Shown here piece after piece: positions 8,624 to 18,732 of a stretch of DNA of 64,000 nt (positions are counted from its first letter, which is position 1; each line of letters starts with the position of its first letter). The stretch covers positions 1,344,001 through 1,408,000 of the forward strand of contig CAWIXE010000002.1 in NCBI GenBank assembly GCA_963840035.1. The letters run 5' to 3'. The notes under the pieces were generated by a model. That model was not told the origin of the DNA. It did not search any database and saw only the letters and a program-made list of their open reading frames with translations. Origin of the DNA: a candidate division FCPU426 bacterium. Lineage in GTDB: Bacteria > Oederibacteriota > PGYV01 > Palsa-1178. The position numbers and the translations under genes are program-made.

Positions 8624-8718
8624 GGTATTTTTATCCGGCGCCGTACTTTTCCCCCTTTACACGCGTCTAATATATGTGTTAAAGTTTACTCAAATCCGCT
8701 TTATATACGAGGTGAAAA

Positions 8719-10305
8719 ATGAAAAAAGCCGCATTGTTATCAATCATTCTAATACTTTTAAGTTTTAAAGCATTTGCCGCCCCCGGCGTTTACTGGGGTG
8801 CCTTTATCGGAGACAACACATCAGCTACCGCGGCGCAGAAATTCGAAGAACTCACCGGCAAAAAACTAGCCTCTGTCATGTGGTTTATTGACTGGAACAC
8901 AGATTTCCCTCTGCCGCTTTGCACCGTCCTATATAAAAACGGCTACATACCTAACATTACCTGGGAACCATGGATTTTTACGGATAAAACCGCCATCAAC
9001 CTGGATAAAATAATATCCGGCCAGTTTGATGAATATATTTCCAATTTTGCACGTTCGGTAAAGGCCTACGGCAGCCCTCTTTTGCTCAGGGTTGGCCACG
9101 AATTCAACGGCGACTGGTATCCCTGGTGCGTTGCCAATAACGGCAAGGACCCTGAAAAGTTTAAAAAAGCGTGGATTCACATACATGATATTTTCACAAA
9201 AGAAAACGCCTTAAACGCGCAGTGGGTCTGGTGCCCGAACGCCGGGAGCGCCATAAACGCGCAGTGGAACGACCCCCTGCTTGCTTATCCCGGAGACTCA
9301 TACGTCGACTGGGTCGGCATTGACGGGTATAATTTCGGCACTTATCAGAGCTGGAGCTCATGGCAGGGTTTTGATGAAATCTTTTCGCCCATGTACGGAA
9401 AACTTTCAAAAAAGATAAAGAACAAGCCTTTTATAATCGGCGAGTTTGCGTGCGCGGATAAAGGCGGCGACAAGGCAGCCTGGATTTCCGGGCTTGAAAA
9501 TTCCCTTAAAAAATTCCCCATGGTCAGGGCTGTAACATGGTTTAACACAAACAAAGAAATGGACTGGCGCGTTGACTCCTCGCCCGAAACGCTCGCGGCT
9601 TTTAAAAAAACAATTAAATCCGGATATTTCCTCTCCTCGCCTGAAGGGCTTGCCTCGCTTGCGGAGAAAACCGCTCCTGCCTCAGGCGCAGCACCGCAGG
9701 TAAAAAACACGGCAGCGGTTTCCGACCCATACATTGCCGGGCAGGTCAAGGATATCATCATTGACGGCGAGTATAAGGAAAACATCCCCTATCCCGCGGC
9801 TCAGATTAACTCCGGTGACGCCGATTTCTCCGGAAAAATCAATGTCGGTTTCGACGCTCAGAGCGTATATATTTACGCGGACATTAACGACAAAACACCC
9901 GGGGTAAACAGCGGAAAAGGCGAGAATATAAATACCGGCGACTGCATTATATTGTGCTTAAATTCAAACCCTGCGGACAAATCAGGGCGCGCGGCATTTG
10001 GCGCCGATGACTATGTGATAGGTATCAAGGCCGGCGACACCATCGAAACCTGGAACTGGACCTCAAAAGGCCCTCTGCAAAATCCCGTCGCTTTTTTCAG
10101 AAAAAAAACAGGCGGGTATGTGATCGAGGCTATTATTCCCTGGTATAATTTTAATATCGGGTGCAGCTGCCAGCTGAAGAACAAACCGGTTTGTTTCGAT
10201 CTGGCAATCAATGACGACAGCGGGAAACAGATACGGTTTAGCGGCGGGGACGATATTACAAAGAACCCATCAGGCTGGGGCACGGCTGTTTTTTCAACAA
10301 AATAA
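8719..10305 (+). CDS. Secreted GH26 glycoside hydrolase with C-terminal CBM9-like sugar-binding domain
   Basis: Signal peptide (…KAFA), ITWEPW, RVGHEFNGDWYPW acid/base motif, YPGDSYVDWVGIDGYN, IIGEF nucleophile. C-terminal IIIDG..YIYADIND..GYVIEAIIPW..FDLAINDD pattern. Confidence 0.85.
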   Translation: MKKAALLSIILILLSFKAFAAPGVYWGAFIGDNTSATAAQKFEELTGKKLASVMWFIDWNTDFPLPLCTVLYKNGYIPNITWEPWIFTDKTAINLDKIISGQFDEYISNFARSVKAYGSPLLLRVGHEFNGDWYPWCVANNGKDPEKFKKAWIHIHDIFTKENALNAQWVWCPNAGSAINAQWNDPLLAYPGDSYVDWVGIDGYNFGTYQSWSSWQGFDEIFSPMYGKLSKKIKNKPFIIGEFACADKGGDKAAWISGLENSLKKFPMVRAVTWFNTNKEMDWRVDSSPETLAAFKKTIKSGYFLSSPEGLASLAEKTAPASGAAPQVKNTAAVSDPYIAGQVKDIIIDGEYKENIPYPAAQINSGDADFSGKINVGFDAQSVYIYADINDKTPGVNSGKGENINTGDCIILCLNSNPADKSGRAAFGADDYVIGIKAGDTIETWNWTSKGPLQNPVAFFRKKTGGYVIEAIIPWYNFNIGCSCQLKNKPVCFDLAINDDSGKQIRFSGGDDITKNPSGWGTAVFSTK

Positions 10306-10403
10306 GCGCATTAAAAAATAAAAACGGCATTTATAGAATTAAAAACAGAAGGTATAGCTAAAATTGATTATTTCGCTTTACTTGCGGTTTAATAGTCACA
10401 CCT

Positions 10404-12122
10404 TTAAACAAATCGTGAAATCTTTGTCAATACGTCTCCCGGTTTAATTATTTTCAGACAATTATAATGGCCATACCTGCATTCTTTTTTGAAACACGGC
10501 TGGCAATCCAGGTCCGCGTAAAATATCTCAGCCCTGGAATTAACCGGCCCGCCCCACCCGGGCGCAGTGGAACCGAATATTACAACCATGGGTATGCCAA
10601 ACGCGTCCGCGATATGCATGACTCCCGAATCATTTCCGATAAACAACCTTGCTTTTTTTGCCGCCGCGACGACCTCCTTTAAACCGGTTCCGCGCATGTC
10701 AACAAAGTTCCTGTGCCCTGTCACATCAGCCCCGAGGTCAAAACTTTTATCCTCTTCCAAACCCGTTACGCACACTTTTACATTTTTATGCTTCTTAAAT
10801 ATCCCTTTCATAAGCTCCGCGTAATTACTTATAGGCCACATTTTGGACGGCCCGAATTTGGCGAAAGGGGCTATTAAGACAAATTTGGAATTTTCAATTT
10901 TCAATTTACAATTTGGATCGGGGACAAGTTCCTGTTTTGCGTCGGAAAAATCAAGACTGTTATCCGCAAGGTACAGGAGTTTGCGGTATTCATCCGTGAC
11001 GTGTTCCCTTTTATGGGTTTTATCCGGGCTGTAAACCCTGTTTAAAAACAGGCGCCCCATATCAGAGGCGTAACCGCAGCGCGATTTTAACCCCGCGAGC
11101 CACAGGAAAGCGGACGATGAAAATGATGGCGAAAATGTGACTCCGGTGTCTATTTTCATTTCATATACTTTATGCGCCGCTTCCAGCGTTGAAATCAGCG
11201 ATTTTCTGTCATACTGGATGATCCTGTCAATATCAGGGTTGCCTTCAAGGACGGATTTGACCCCTCCGCCGGTAACCGCCACAACAACCTTTGGATAGTG
11301 CTTTTTTAATTCCTTCAGGAAGGATGTCATCATGACAGCGTCCCCTATCCAGTTCGGGGCGCGCAGGACGATCCCCGATGATTTCTTCGCCGCCTTTTTA
11401 TCAAGCCGCATCTTGGAAAATTTGACAAACTCCGAAAACCCGCTGTAAACACAGAGCACAAAACCCTGTTTCCCGTCCAAAAAACCGGCTTTTAAAAAAT
11501 ACATGCGGAAGAACTTCAAAAACGGCGCTGTCAGCATCCTCAAAAGAAGGAACGGCTTTTTCTTTTCCGCGGCCTGCATGGTGGTATACCTGTTTAATTT
11601 GTGGAAATACGAAACAGAGTCCTGGTAGGAATAGTGGTTCATTTTGCACTTAAGCCCGGCGGTTGAGCCTTTTATTTCCACGGATTCGTGGACCGGTTTT
11701 CCATTGAAACGGCCCTTCGCCCTTTTAAAAAGCCTTAGCTGAAAATCCTTATCCCAGCCGCAGTGTTTTATTTCCCTGCCCAGGAAATAATTGCCCCTTT
11801 TAATATAATACCCGTCGGCGGCGTCAGCCCGCTTTGCCGCGTTTAATATCTCTTCCTTTAACTCAGGCGTTATCTCCTCGTCAGCGTCAACGCTTAGGAC
11901 CCAGTCGTATTTTGAACGGTCAATGGCGTAATTTTTTACCTGGGAAAAACCTTCAAATTTAATTATATGGATTTTAGCCCCGAATTTTCGGGCTATTTTG
12001 AGGGTTGAATCATCCGATCCGGAATCCACGAGGACTATCTCATCGCAGAACGAAAGGCTTTTTAAGCACCTTTCAATGTTTTTTTCCTCATTGAAGGTTA
12101 CTACGTTTGCCGATATTTTCAT
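10404..12122 (-). CDS. Fusion of GT2 LPS glycosyltransferase (WaaE-like) and GT9 heptosyltransferase II (WaaF-like)
   Basis: N-half: TFNEEKNI, VDSGSDD, VDADE, VHES. C-half: RAPNWIGDAVM, GPSKMWP, GNDSGVMH, CQPCFKKEC. Confidence 0.88.
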   Translation of the reverse strand: MKISANVVTFNEEKNIERCLKSLSFCDEIVLVDSGSDDSTLKIARKFGAKIHIIKFEGFSQVKNYAIDRSKYDWVLSVDADEEITPELKEEILNAAKRADAADGYYIKRGNYFLGREIKHCGWDKDFQLRLFKRAKGRFNGKPVHESVEIKGSTAGLKCKMNHYSYQDSVSYFHKLNRYTTMQAAEKKKPFLLLRMLTAPFLKFFRMYFLKAGFLDGKQGFVLCVYSGFSEFVKFSKMRLDKKAAKKSSGIVLRAPNWIGDAVMMTSFLKELKKHYPKVVVAVTGGGVKSVLEGNPDIDRIIQYDRKSLISTLEAAHKVYEMKIDTGVTFSPSFSSSAFLWLAGLKSRCGYASDMGRLFLNRVYSPDKTHKREHVTDEYRKLLYLADNSLDFSDAKQELVPDPNCKLKIENSKFVLIAPFAKFGPSKMWPISNYAELMKGIFKKHKNVKVCVTGLEEDKSFDLGADVTGHRNFVDMRGTGLKEVVAAAKKARLFIGNDSGVMHIADAFGIPMVVIFGSTAPGWGGPVNSRAEIFYADLDCQPCFKKECRYGHYNCLKIIKPGDVLTKISRFV

Positions 12123-13177
12123 GCGCGCGTTTCTTGCGGTAGGTGCTGCTTTATTATTTCGGTAACTTTTGAGACCGGCACCGAATCGGCGTTTCCGTCC
12201 GTAGGGACTATGACTTCATTGCCCGGCCCGCTGGGTTTATTTACTTCAGGGTCCGTATCCCCCCAGATTGCCACAGTATTTGTAAAAGGTGCGAAAACGT
12301 GCATTAAATCATCCTCATTGCACACATAGCAGCAAAGGAACCTGGATATGGCGGCCATCTTCATGTACTCGTGCGTATCAACCATTATGGTCTTTTTCTT
12401 TGTGACCACGTCAAATTCATGGAGCCTGTCTTTTTCTTCCCTGTTCGAAAACGCCAGCACCTTGACGCCGTATTTATCCATGAGATTATTCGCAAGCTGG
12501 GCAAATTTGCTTATCGACCACCTTTTACCCTTATGCGCGACTGACGGATGGATGCCCACCAGGATATCATGGCTGCCAATCCCCTTGCGGGCAAGAAACT
12601 CTTTCGCGTTGGCTATGTCTTTTTCAGAGACAGAAAACTTGGGGGTAAAATCATATGAGTTCGCGCCGATAAACCTCACAAGGTTCAGGTATTTTATTAT
12701 CTTGTGCTGCGGCTGGTCAATGGTCCGCAGGGTAAGGTTATGGATGGCATTGTATAATACCTTTTCATTTTTATCCGCGTATGCCACCCTGGCCTTTGCC
12801 TTTGTAATAAGGGAAAGCACGACAGCCGTATACAGGTCGGAATTAAGGTTTATGATTATTTCAAACTTTGTGGAAAATACGGACATCATGGACTTGAAGG
12901 CTTCCACCGGATTGAGCGTTTTCATGACAAGCGCCCTGTCTATAAAGGAACATCCGGCAGCTATTTCCCTTAAATCGCCGGTTATTAAAGCAGTCAGTTT
13001 TCCTTCCGGGGGCAGGGCTTCTTTGAGCGCCGCGATGGCAGGCGTGGAAAGTATGAAGTCCTCCAGATTATAAGGCGCTACAACGAGTATGTTGGAAAAC
13101 TCGCGCAAATTGACCTGCTTCGCGTTCATTATTCTCTGGCGTTCTTTTGCCTTTACCGGATCAAATGGGACCGTCAT
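12119..13177 (-). CDS. GT9 family glycosyltransferase-like protein (divergent motifs)
   Basis: LEDFILSTPAI, VGIHPS..KRWS, TVAIWGDTDP; the usual NDSG.MH reads NEDDLMH. Confidence 0.75.
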   Translation of the reverse strand: MTVPFDPVKAKERQRIMNAKQVNLREFSNILVVAPYNLEDFILSTPAIAALKEALPPEGKLTALITGDLREIAAGCSFIDRALVMKTLNPVEAFKSMMSVFSTKFEIIINLNSDLYTAVVLSLITKAKARVAYADKNEKVLYNAIHNLTLRTIDQPQHKIIKYLNLVRFIGANSYDFTPKFSVSEKDIANAKEFLARKGIGSHDILVGIHPSVAHKGKRWSISKFAQLANNLMDKYGVKVLAFSNREEKDRLHEFDVVTKKKTIMVDTHEYMKMAAISRFLCCYVCNEDDLMHVFAPFTNTVAIWGDTDPEVNKPSGPGNEVIVPTDGNADSVPVSKVTEIIKQHLPQETRA

Positions 13178-14133
13178 TTACACCCCGCCAAGACTTTTTT
13201 TACACGCGCGTAAGCTTCCTGCGCGCTTATTGACTTTAAACACTCAAAGGTGCCTATGGGGCACTTCTTCCCGCCGTGCACGTGGCACGGCCTGCACAGA
13301 AGGCCCTTTTTTTCCAGTATATGAAAATCACTGCAGGTAATGAATCCGAAAGACCCCGATGTCGGACCTAAAAACACAACAGCCGGCACCCCTAAAAGCA
13401 CTGCCGCGTGCGCTGCCGCAGTATCATTGCCTATGAAAAGGCCGCTTTTTCCTATGGTTTTCACCATGCCTTTAAAATCGGTCTTCCCCACAAGGTCCTT
13501 AACATTATGTAATTTATGATAACCCATTTTTTCATAATTTTCAACTTCATCTTTTACGCCGGTTACGGATATACTTAAACGCTTATCCGAGGCAAGCATG
13601 GTAATAAGAGCGTCATAATGGGGCCATATCTTCATGGGCCATTTCGCGCCGAGATGGACCGCGATTGACCTTACTTTTCCGGACGGCGTTAACGGATTTC
13701 TGGCCTGCGCCTTAAGGCCGGGTATGACTTTCGCCGCCGCGAGTATATACCTGTCCGCCACGGGAATAAAACTCCCTCCGAGGAACCACTTGAACAGCAC
13801 TGACAAACGCCTTTTGACCGGGGATTTCGCGTATGAAATTTTCGCCGGCGATTTGATGAAAAGAGCCAGCAGTTTTGACCTTAAGACCGAGTGCAGATCT
13901 ATGACAGCGCCGTATCCTCCCGATGAAAGTTCCTTTGCCGCGGAAAAAAATTCCGCGGGAGTATTGAGTTTATATGACAGTACCTTTGAAGCGCCGGTCA
14001 TTTCAGCCTGCTCCCTGAACTTCTCCTTGGTAAGGAAGTGGACCGTATGCTTTAGTTTTTTTAACGCGTCAACCAGCCTGTGCGCGAGGAGTATATCACC
14101 GGCTGAAGAAAAACGTATCAATAGCACCTTCAT
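13174..14133 (-). CDS. GT9 family heptosyltransferase
   Basis: IRFSSAGDI, IDLH, GAKWPMKIWP, GNDTAAAH, FLGPT, CRPC.HG.KKCP. Confidence 0.88.
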   Translation of the reverse strand: MKVLLIRFSSAGDILLAHRLVDALKKLKHTVHFLTKEKFREQAEMTGASKVLSYKLNTPAEFFSAAKELSSGGYGAVIDLHSVLRSKLLALFIKSPAKISYAKSPVKRRLSVLFKWFLGGSFIPVADRYILAAAKVIPGLKAQARNPLTPSGKVRSIAVHLGAKWPMKIWPHYDALITMLASDKRLSISVTGVKDEVENYEKMGYHKLHNVKDLVGKTDFKGMVKTIGKSGLFIGNDTAAAHAAVLLGVPAVVFLGPTSGSFGFITCSDFHILEKKGLLCRPCHVHGGKKCPIGTFECLKSISAQEAYARVKKVLAGCK

Positions 14134-14135
14134 GG

Positions 14136-15230
14136 TCAGGTTATCCTCAGCTTTTTCTCAAGTTCCTTGACATTCTTAATTAGCATGCCGATTTTCAGCA
14201 CATAAATCCTGTTATCTATTATATGCTTCCTGCTTATTTTGACCTCGTCTTTTTCCGTGGTCACTATAAGGGCCGCCTTTGTGGAGTCATAAAGCCTCAT
14301 TATGGCGTCAATTTCCTTTTTAAAGAGCCTGTGATGGTCCTTAAACCTTAAGCCTACCAGGATGTGCGCCCCCAGGTTTTTCAGCGTGCGCTCAAACCCA
14401 AGGGGGTTTCCTATGCTCGAAAAAGAAATTATCCTTTTATCAAGCAGGTACGCCGGGTCGAGTTTTTCGCCGGTAGTCGCGTTATAAAGCATCTTTGGCT
14501 GATGTTCCGACTCAAACACTTTTACATTTTTATTGAATCCCGAGACCATTTCCTTTATCTTATCCAGTTTGTCCGCTTCCACCAGGTTGGTATTTGTCAC
14601 AAGCACGGCATCGGCATCTTTGAGCCCTGATAATGGTTCCCTTAGCATTCCCGCCGGGAACAGCCTGTTAAAGCCAAGCGGGTTGATGGCGTCTATTAAA
14701 ACTACATGCAGCCCGTTTTCTATGTCATATCTTTTCTGGAAACCGTCGTCTAAAAGGACAAAATCCGGCTTAAACGCGGATATCCCGAACTCTATGCCTT
14801 TGAGCTTGTTATCAGCCACTATTACTTTCGCCTTCGGCACGCTCCTGGCCAGCATATAAGCTTCATCGCCGGCGTTACGCTGTTTTAAAAGAAGCTGAAT
14901 ACCGTCGGAGACCACATCCACCGGATGCAGTTTTGACCTGCGGTAACCCTTGCAAACTATAAGTACATTTTTTTCCTCGCGGATAAGGCGCTTTGCCATT
15001 TCCTCTATGAAAGGGGTCTTACCGGTTCCACCGGTGGTAAGATTTCCCGCGCAGATTATTTTTGCCGCGAACTGTTTTGGTTTAATTATCTTAAGCTTAT
15101 ATACAGCCTTCCTGACGCCCAGGCCGATGTAATAAAATACCGAAATAATACATAGAAGCCAAAAAAACAAAAGTTCCGCAAGGCTTCTTTTCTTCTTTGA
15201 TATTGCCTGCCACCATAGTTTCTCGAACAT
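14136..15230 (-). CDS. lpxK: Tetraacyldisaccharide 4'-kinase
   Basis: GNLTTGGTGKTP, GDE, LDDGFQ, PAGMLREP, IGNP, TTEKD. Confidence 0.95.
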   Translation of the reverse strand: MFEKLWWQAISKKKRSLAELLFFWLLCIISVFYYIGLGVRKAVYKLKIIKPKQFAAKIICAGNLTTGGTGKTPFIEEMAKRLIREEKNVLIVCKGYRRSKLHPVDVVSDGIQLLLKQRNAGDEAYMLARSVPKAKVIVADNKLKGIEFGISAFKPDFVLLDDGFQKRYDIENGLHVVLIDAINPLGFNRLFPAGMLREPLSGLKDADAVLVTNTNLVEADKLDKIKEMVSGFNKNVKVFESEHQPKMLYNATTGEKLDPAYLLDKRIISFSSIGNPLGFERTLKNLGAHILVGLRFKDHHRLFKKEIDAIMRLYDSTKAALIVTTEKDEVKISRKHIIDNRIYVLKIGMLIKNVKELEKKLRIT

Positions 15231-15275
15231 GATTGCTCCTTAAAGTATTTAAAGTTTAGTGTTTAAGGTTCAACA

Positions 15276-15348
<73 letters not shown>

Positions 15349-15350
15349 TT

Positions 15351-16637
15351 TCACTCTTTCGTTTTATCTATGAGTATTTCCTTTATAAGCATAGCTGTTG
15401 TCGATGCGGAACCCCTGTAGTTCTCTATGACATGCTTATTTTTCTCCCCGTCGTAGCTCCTCTGGCCGTCGTTTGCCAGCAATGATTTCAGCTTTTCAGA
15501 GAGTTCCCCGGGCGTTTCCACCCTGTAGGCTCCGCCGTCTTTTAAAAACTTTTCCGCCGTATCCTCAAAATTAAACATATTCCTGCCCATTATTATGGGC
15601 AGCCCCGCCACGGCCGCCTCCATGGGATTATGTCCGCCGAATTCCTTAAACCCTCCGCCTATTATGGCTATATCCCCTGTCAGGTATATGTAAGACAGAT
15701 CCCCTATGGTGTTGACTATGACGCAGTCATAATCCGGCAGCGTGGAGTAATCCTTCACGGCGTTCCACAGGCAGTATTTCATCGCTTTTTTCTTAAGTAT
15801 TGATTCTATGACCGGCACCCTGTTTAAATGCCTCGGGGCTATTATAAGGAGCGCATCCTTCCTGCCGGACATTTCAAATCCGTCGAGCACAAATTCCTCT
15901 TCGCCCTCCCTGATACTGCCCGCCACTATTATCTTTTTCCCTTTTTTGTCCTTAACCGCGAATTTCGCAGCGGCTTTACCGTTTGCCTCAAATGAATATT
16001 TCGTGTTATTTAATATGATCATCCTTGATTTTTCCACGCCGAGGCGCGAAAGCCTCTTGACCATTTTCTCGCTCTGCACTATGAGAGTGTGGAAATGGAC
16101 AAGCACCTTTTTAAAAAAGAACCTGAAACTGTAATAGAACCGGAAGCTTTTTACCGAAATCCTGCCGTTTATCATTATTACCGGCGCTCCGGTCTTCGCG
16201 GTATAGTGAAGAAAGTTCGGCCACAGTTCGGTTTCAACTATTACAAGGGCCGCTGGCTTAACCCTGTTTATCAGCGGCCTTATGAATATGCTTAAATCCA
16301 GCGGAAGCAGGAACGCGCAGGCTATGGTGTCGGCGAGCTCTTTCTGTATCTTCTTTTTCCCGTTCACGCTGGTGGTTGTAACAAGAAGTTCCGAACCCGG
16401 ATTCATGGCCTTAAACTCCATGATAACAGGGGCAAGCGCCTGAACTTCGCCGGCTGATGCCGCGTGGAACCACACCACGTTCTTTCCCTTTAGTTTTTCA
16501 GCGCATTTCCCGTCAAATATCCCGAATCTTTCAGGGAGGCTCTCCCGCCATTTTTTATTAAATATCAGAATTAACCCGATTACAGGCGAAAACATTATGA
16601 ATAATAAAGTTAATATGACATCATAAATGTATATCAA
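15351..16637 (-). CDS. waaA: 3-deoxy-D-manno-octulosonic acid (Kdo) transferase
   Basis: WFHAASAGEV, PLD, ETELWPN, NGRIS, APRH, GGHNPME. Confidence 0.95.
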   Translation of the reverse strand: MIYIYDVILTLLFIMFSPVIGLILIFNKKWRESLPERFGIFDGKCAEKLKGKNVVWFHAASAGEVQALAPVIMEFKAMNPGSELLVTTTSVNGKKKIQKELADTIACAFLLPLDLSIFIRPLINRVKPAALVIVETELWPNFLHYTAKTGAPVIMINGRISVKSFRFYYSFRFFFKKVLVHFHTLIVQSEKMVKRLSRLGVEKSRMIILNNTKYSFEANGKAAAKFAVKDKKGKKIIVAGSIREGEEEFVLDGFEMSGRKDALLIIAPRHLNRVPVIESILKKKAMKYCLWNAVKDYSTLPDYDCVIVNTIGDLSYIYLTGDIAIIGGGFKEFGGHNPMEAAVAGLPIIMGRNMFNFEDTAEKFLKDGGAYRVETPGELSEKLKSLLANDGQRSYDGEKNKHVIENYRGSASTTAMLIKEILIDKTKE

Positions 16638-17749
16638 AGCCCCGCCTCCGACGCTACTGCTCGGGCTATCAATTTAACAACATTCTTAGACTCTCCGTGC
16701 TTTTCCCTGAGCATAGAAAAATCTTTTTTAATAGAATCCGAATACGCTTTATTATTTATTATCTTTAATATTTCAGCACTTACATTTTCCGGTTTAAGCT
16801 CATGTTGTATGAATTCTTTCACAACTTCTTTATTGAGGTAAATATTTGGCAATCCCACAAACCGCCCTTTTGCCCTCGGTCTGATAAGAATATATGATAT
16901 TGCTGCTATCCGGTATACGATTGCCATAGGAACACCCATCAGCGCCAGTTCAAGGGTTGTTGTTCCCGATTTTGCTATAGCCGCATGCAATGACGACTTC
17001 AAACCCATATTACTGCCTTCTGCAACCTCAATTTTTAACCCGCTGTATTTGTTCAGAAGCGGCTGTAAAAGTTCGCTGTCTATAGTTTCAGCTTTAAAAA
17101 GCACGAACTTTGCTTTCTTATAATTCATTCGGACAAGGGCACAAGCTTTTAAAATATCCTCAAAAAAACCGGTTATTTCATTTTTTCTGCTGCCTGGAAA
17201 TATTCCGATTAGTTTTTCAGACGAAGAAGGTTTTGCCGGCTTCATAAATGGAGCCATCGGATGTCCAAAATACTTTGCCCTCACACCTGCCTCGTTAAGT
17301 ATTTTTTCTTCAAACGGAAGAATGACTATGCATAAATCAGTATATTTCTTTAACCCCTTAATCCTGCCCTTTTTCCAGACCCATACCTGCGGTGTTGAAT
17401 AATAAACAACTTTCTTTATACCTGCTTTTTTTGCGTCTTTTATGAGCGGCATATGGAATGACGGACTATCAATCACCACAAGACAATCCGGCCGCTCATT
17501 TTTTACTGTTTCAAGAGCCATTTTATATAACTTCAGGTGCGTTACAATATTTACAAGGACTTCCCATATGCCCATTGCCGCATGACTGACAAGATCAAGC
17601 CTGACATCAATTCCCGCAGCACGCATTCTTGGTCCGCCAAAGCCCAATATTTCTACCTTCCGCCCATGTTTTTTTCGCAGCTCTTTTGCCAGTTCGGCTC
17701 CGTAAAAATCACCGCTGGCTTCTCCCGCTGATATCAGGATCTTTTTCAA
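16634..17749 (-). CDS. lpxB: Lipid A disaccharide synthase
   Basis: AGEASGD, IDSPSF, PQVWVW, ILPFE, GHP, PGSRKNE, KSGTTTLE, LPNI. Confidence 0.95.
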   Translation of the reverse strand: MKKILISAGEASGDFYGAELAKELRKKHGRKVEILGFGGPRMRAAGIDVRLDLVSHAAMGIWEVLVNIVTHLKLYKMALETVKNERPDCLVVIDSPSFHMPLIKDAKKAGIKKVVYYSTPQVWVWKKGRIKGLKKYTDLCIVILPFEEKILNEAGVRAKYFGHPMAPFMKPAKPSSSEKLIGIFPGSRKNEITGFFEDILKACALVRMNYKKAKFVLFKAETIDSELLQPLLNKYSGLKIEVAEGSNMGLKSSLHAAIAKSGTTTLELALMGVPMAIVYRIAAISYILIRPRAKGRFVGLPNIYLNKEVVKEFIQHELKPENVSAEILKIINNKAYSDSIKKDFSMLREKHGESKNVVKLIARAVASEAGL

Positions 17750-18732
17750 GCTATTTTGCCTTTGATTTTATTAAATTTTTTCTGAACCTGTTTTTCTATG
17801 GCAATAACTATCTTCAAAGCCTCAAACGCCTGGTAAACCGTGACTTCCGTCTTCTTTTTTCCGTTTATGGAATCCACGAACGACCGCAGCTCGCTTCCGA
17901 GCGGCTCTTTTTTCTCCATGGGAAATGAATCCATCTCCATCATGTCGCTCCATGCCACTTTCCTGTCAGTGGCAAGCCCGTCTTTTACCTTGTACATCTT
18001 TATGGACTGCCTCATGTAGTCAATGGACATATACAGGTTGTTCTCAAAGACCCTGATTTTACGCAGACGTTTCGGTGATACCCTGCTGGCCGTAACGTTC
18101 GCGATCGCGCCATTCTCAAACTCAAGCCTTACATTGGCCATGTCTATGGATTTGGTGAGCACGGGCACGCCTATGGCGTCTATCTTTTTTACCTTCGAGT
18201 TCACTATCTGAAGGATGATGTCAATATCATGTATCATAAGGTCAAGTATCACAGAGGTATCCAAACTGCGCGAAGTAAACGGGCCGAGCCTGCTGGCTTC
18301 GATAAGTATGGGGACCTTTTTCATCTCCTGCAGTTTCTTAACGGCCATGTTAAAACGTTCTATATGTCCCACCTGAAATATCAGGTTTTTATTCTTCTTT
18401 TTCTTATAAATCTTTATAAGGTCCTCCGCTTCCTTTACCGTGGCGGTCATGGGCTTTTCAAGGAGTATGTGTTTGTCATTATCCAGGAAGAACTTCGCCA
18501 CCTTGTGGTGAAGCGTTGTCGGCACGACTATGGAGACCGCGTCAACCTTATCGAGCATCTTTTTATAATCGGTAAAGAATTCCGCGCCGTACCTGTCGGC
18601 TATTTCTTTGCCTTTTTCAGATACGTCGGATACGGCAGTAAGCTTTACGCCGTCTATGCTTGTATAATTCCTGGCATGGTGCTGCCCCAAGCTTCCCACC
18701 CCGACAACGCCAACCCTGATTATCTTATCCAT
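17746..18732 (-). CDS. Gfo/Idh/MocA oxidoreductase (GnnA-like)
   Basis: GVGSLGQHHAR, EKP, VGHIERFN, DLMIHDID, ASRVS; overlaps the lpxB start. Confidence 0.85.
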   Translation of the reverse strand: MDKIIRVGVVGVGSLGQHHARNYTSIDGVKLTAVSDVSEKGKEIADRYGAEFFTDYKKMLDKVDAVSIVVPTTLHHKVAKFFLDNDKHILLEKPMTATVKEAEDLIKIYKKKKNKNLIFQVGHIERFNMAVKKLQEMKKVPILIEASRLGPFTSRSLDTSVILDLMIHDIDIILQIVNSKVKKIDAIGVPVLTKSIDMANVRLEFENGAIANVTASRVSPKRLRKIRVFENNLYMSIDYMRQSIKMYKVKDGLATDRKVAWSDMMEMDSFPMEKKEPLGSELRSFVDSINGKKKTEVTVYQAFEALKIVIAIEKQVQKKFNKIKGKIA

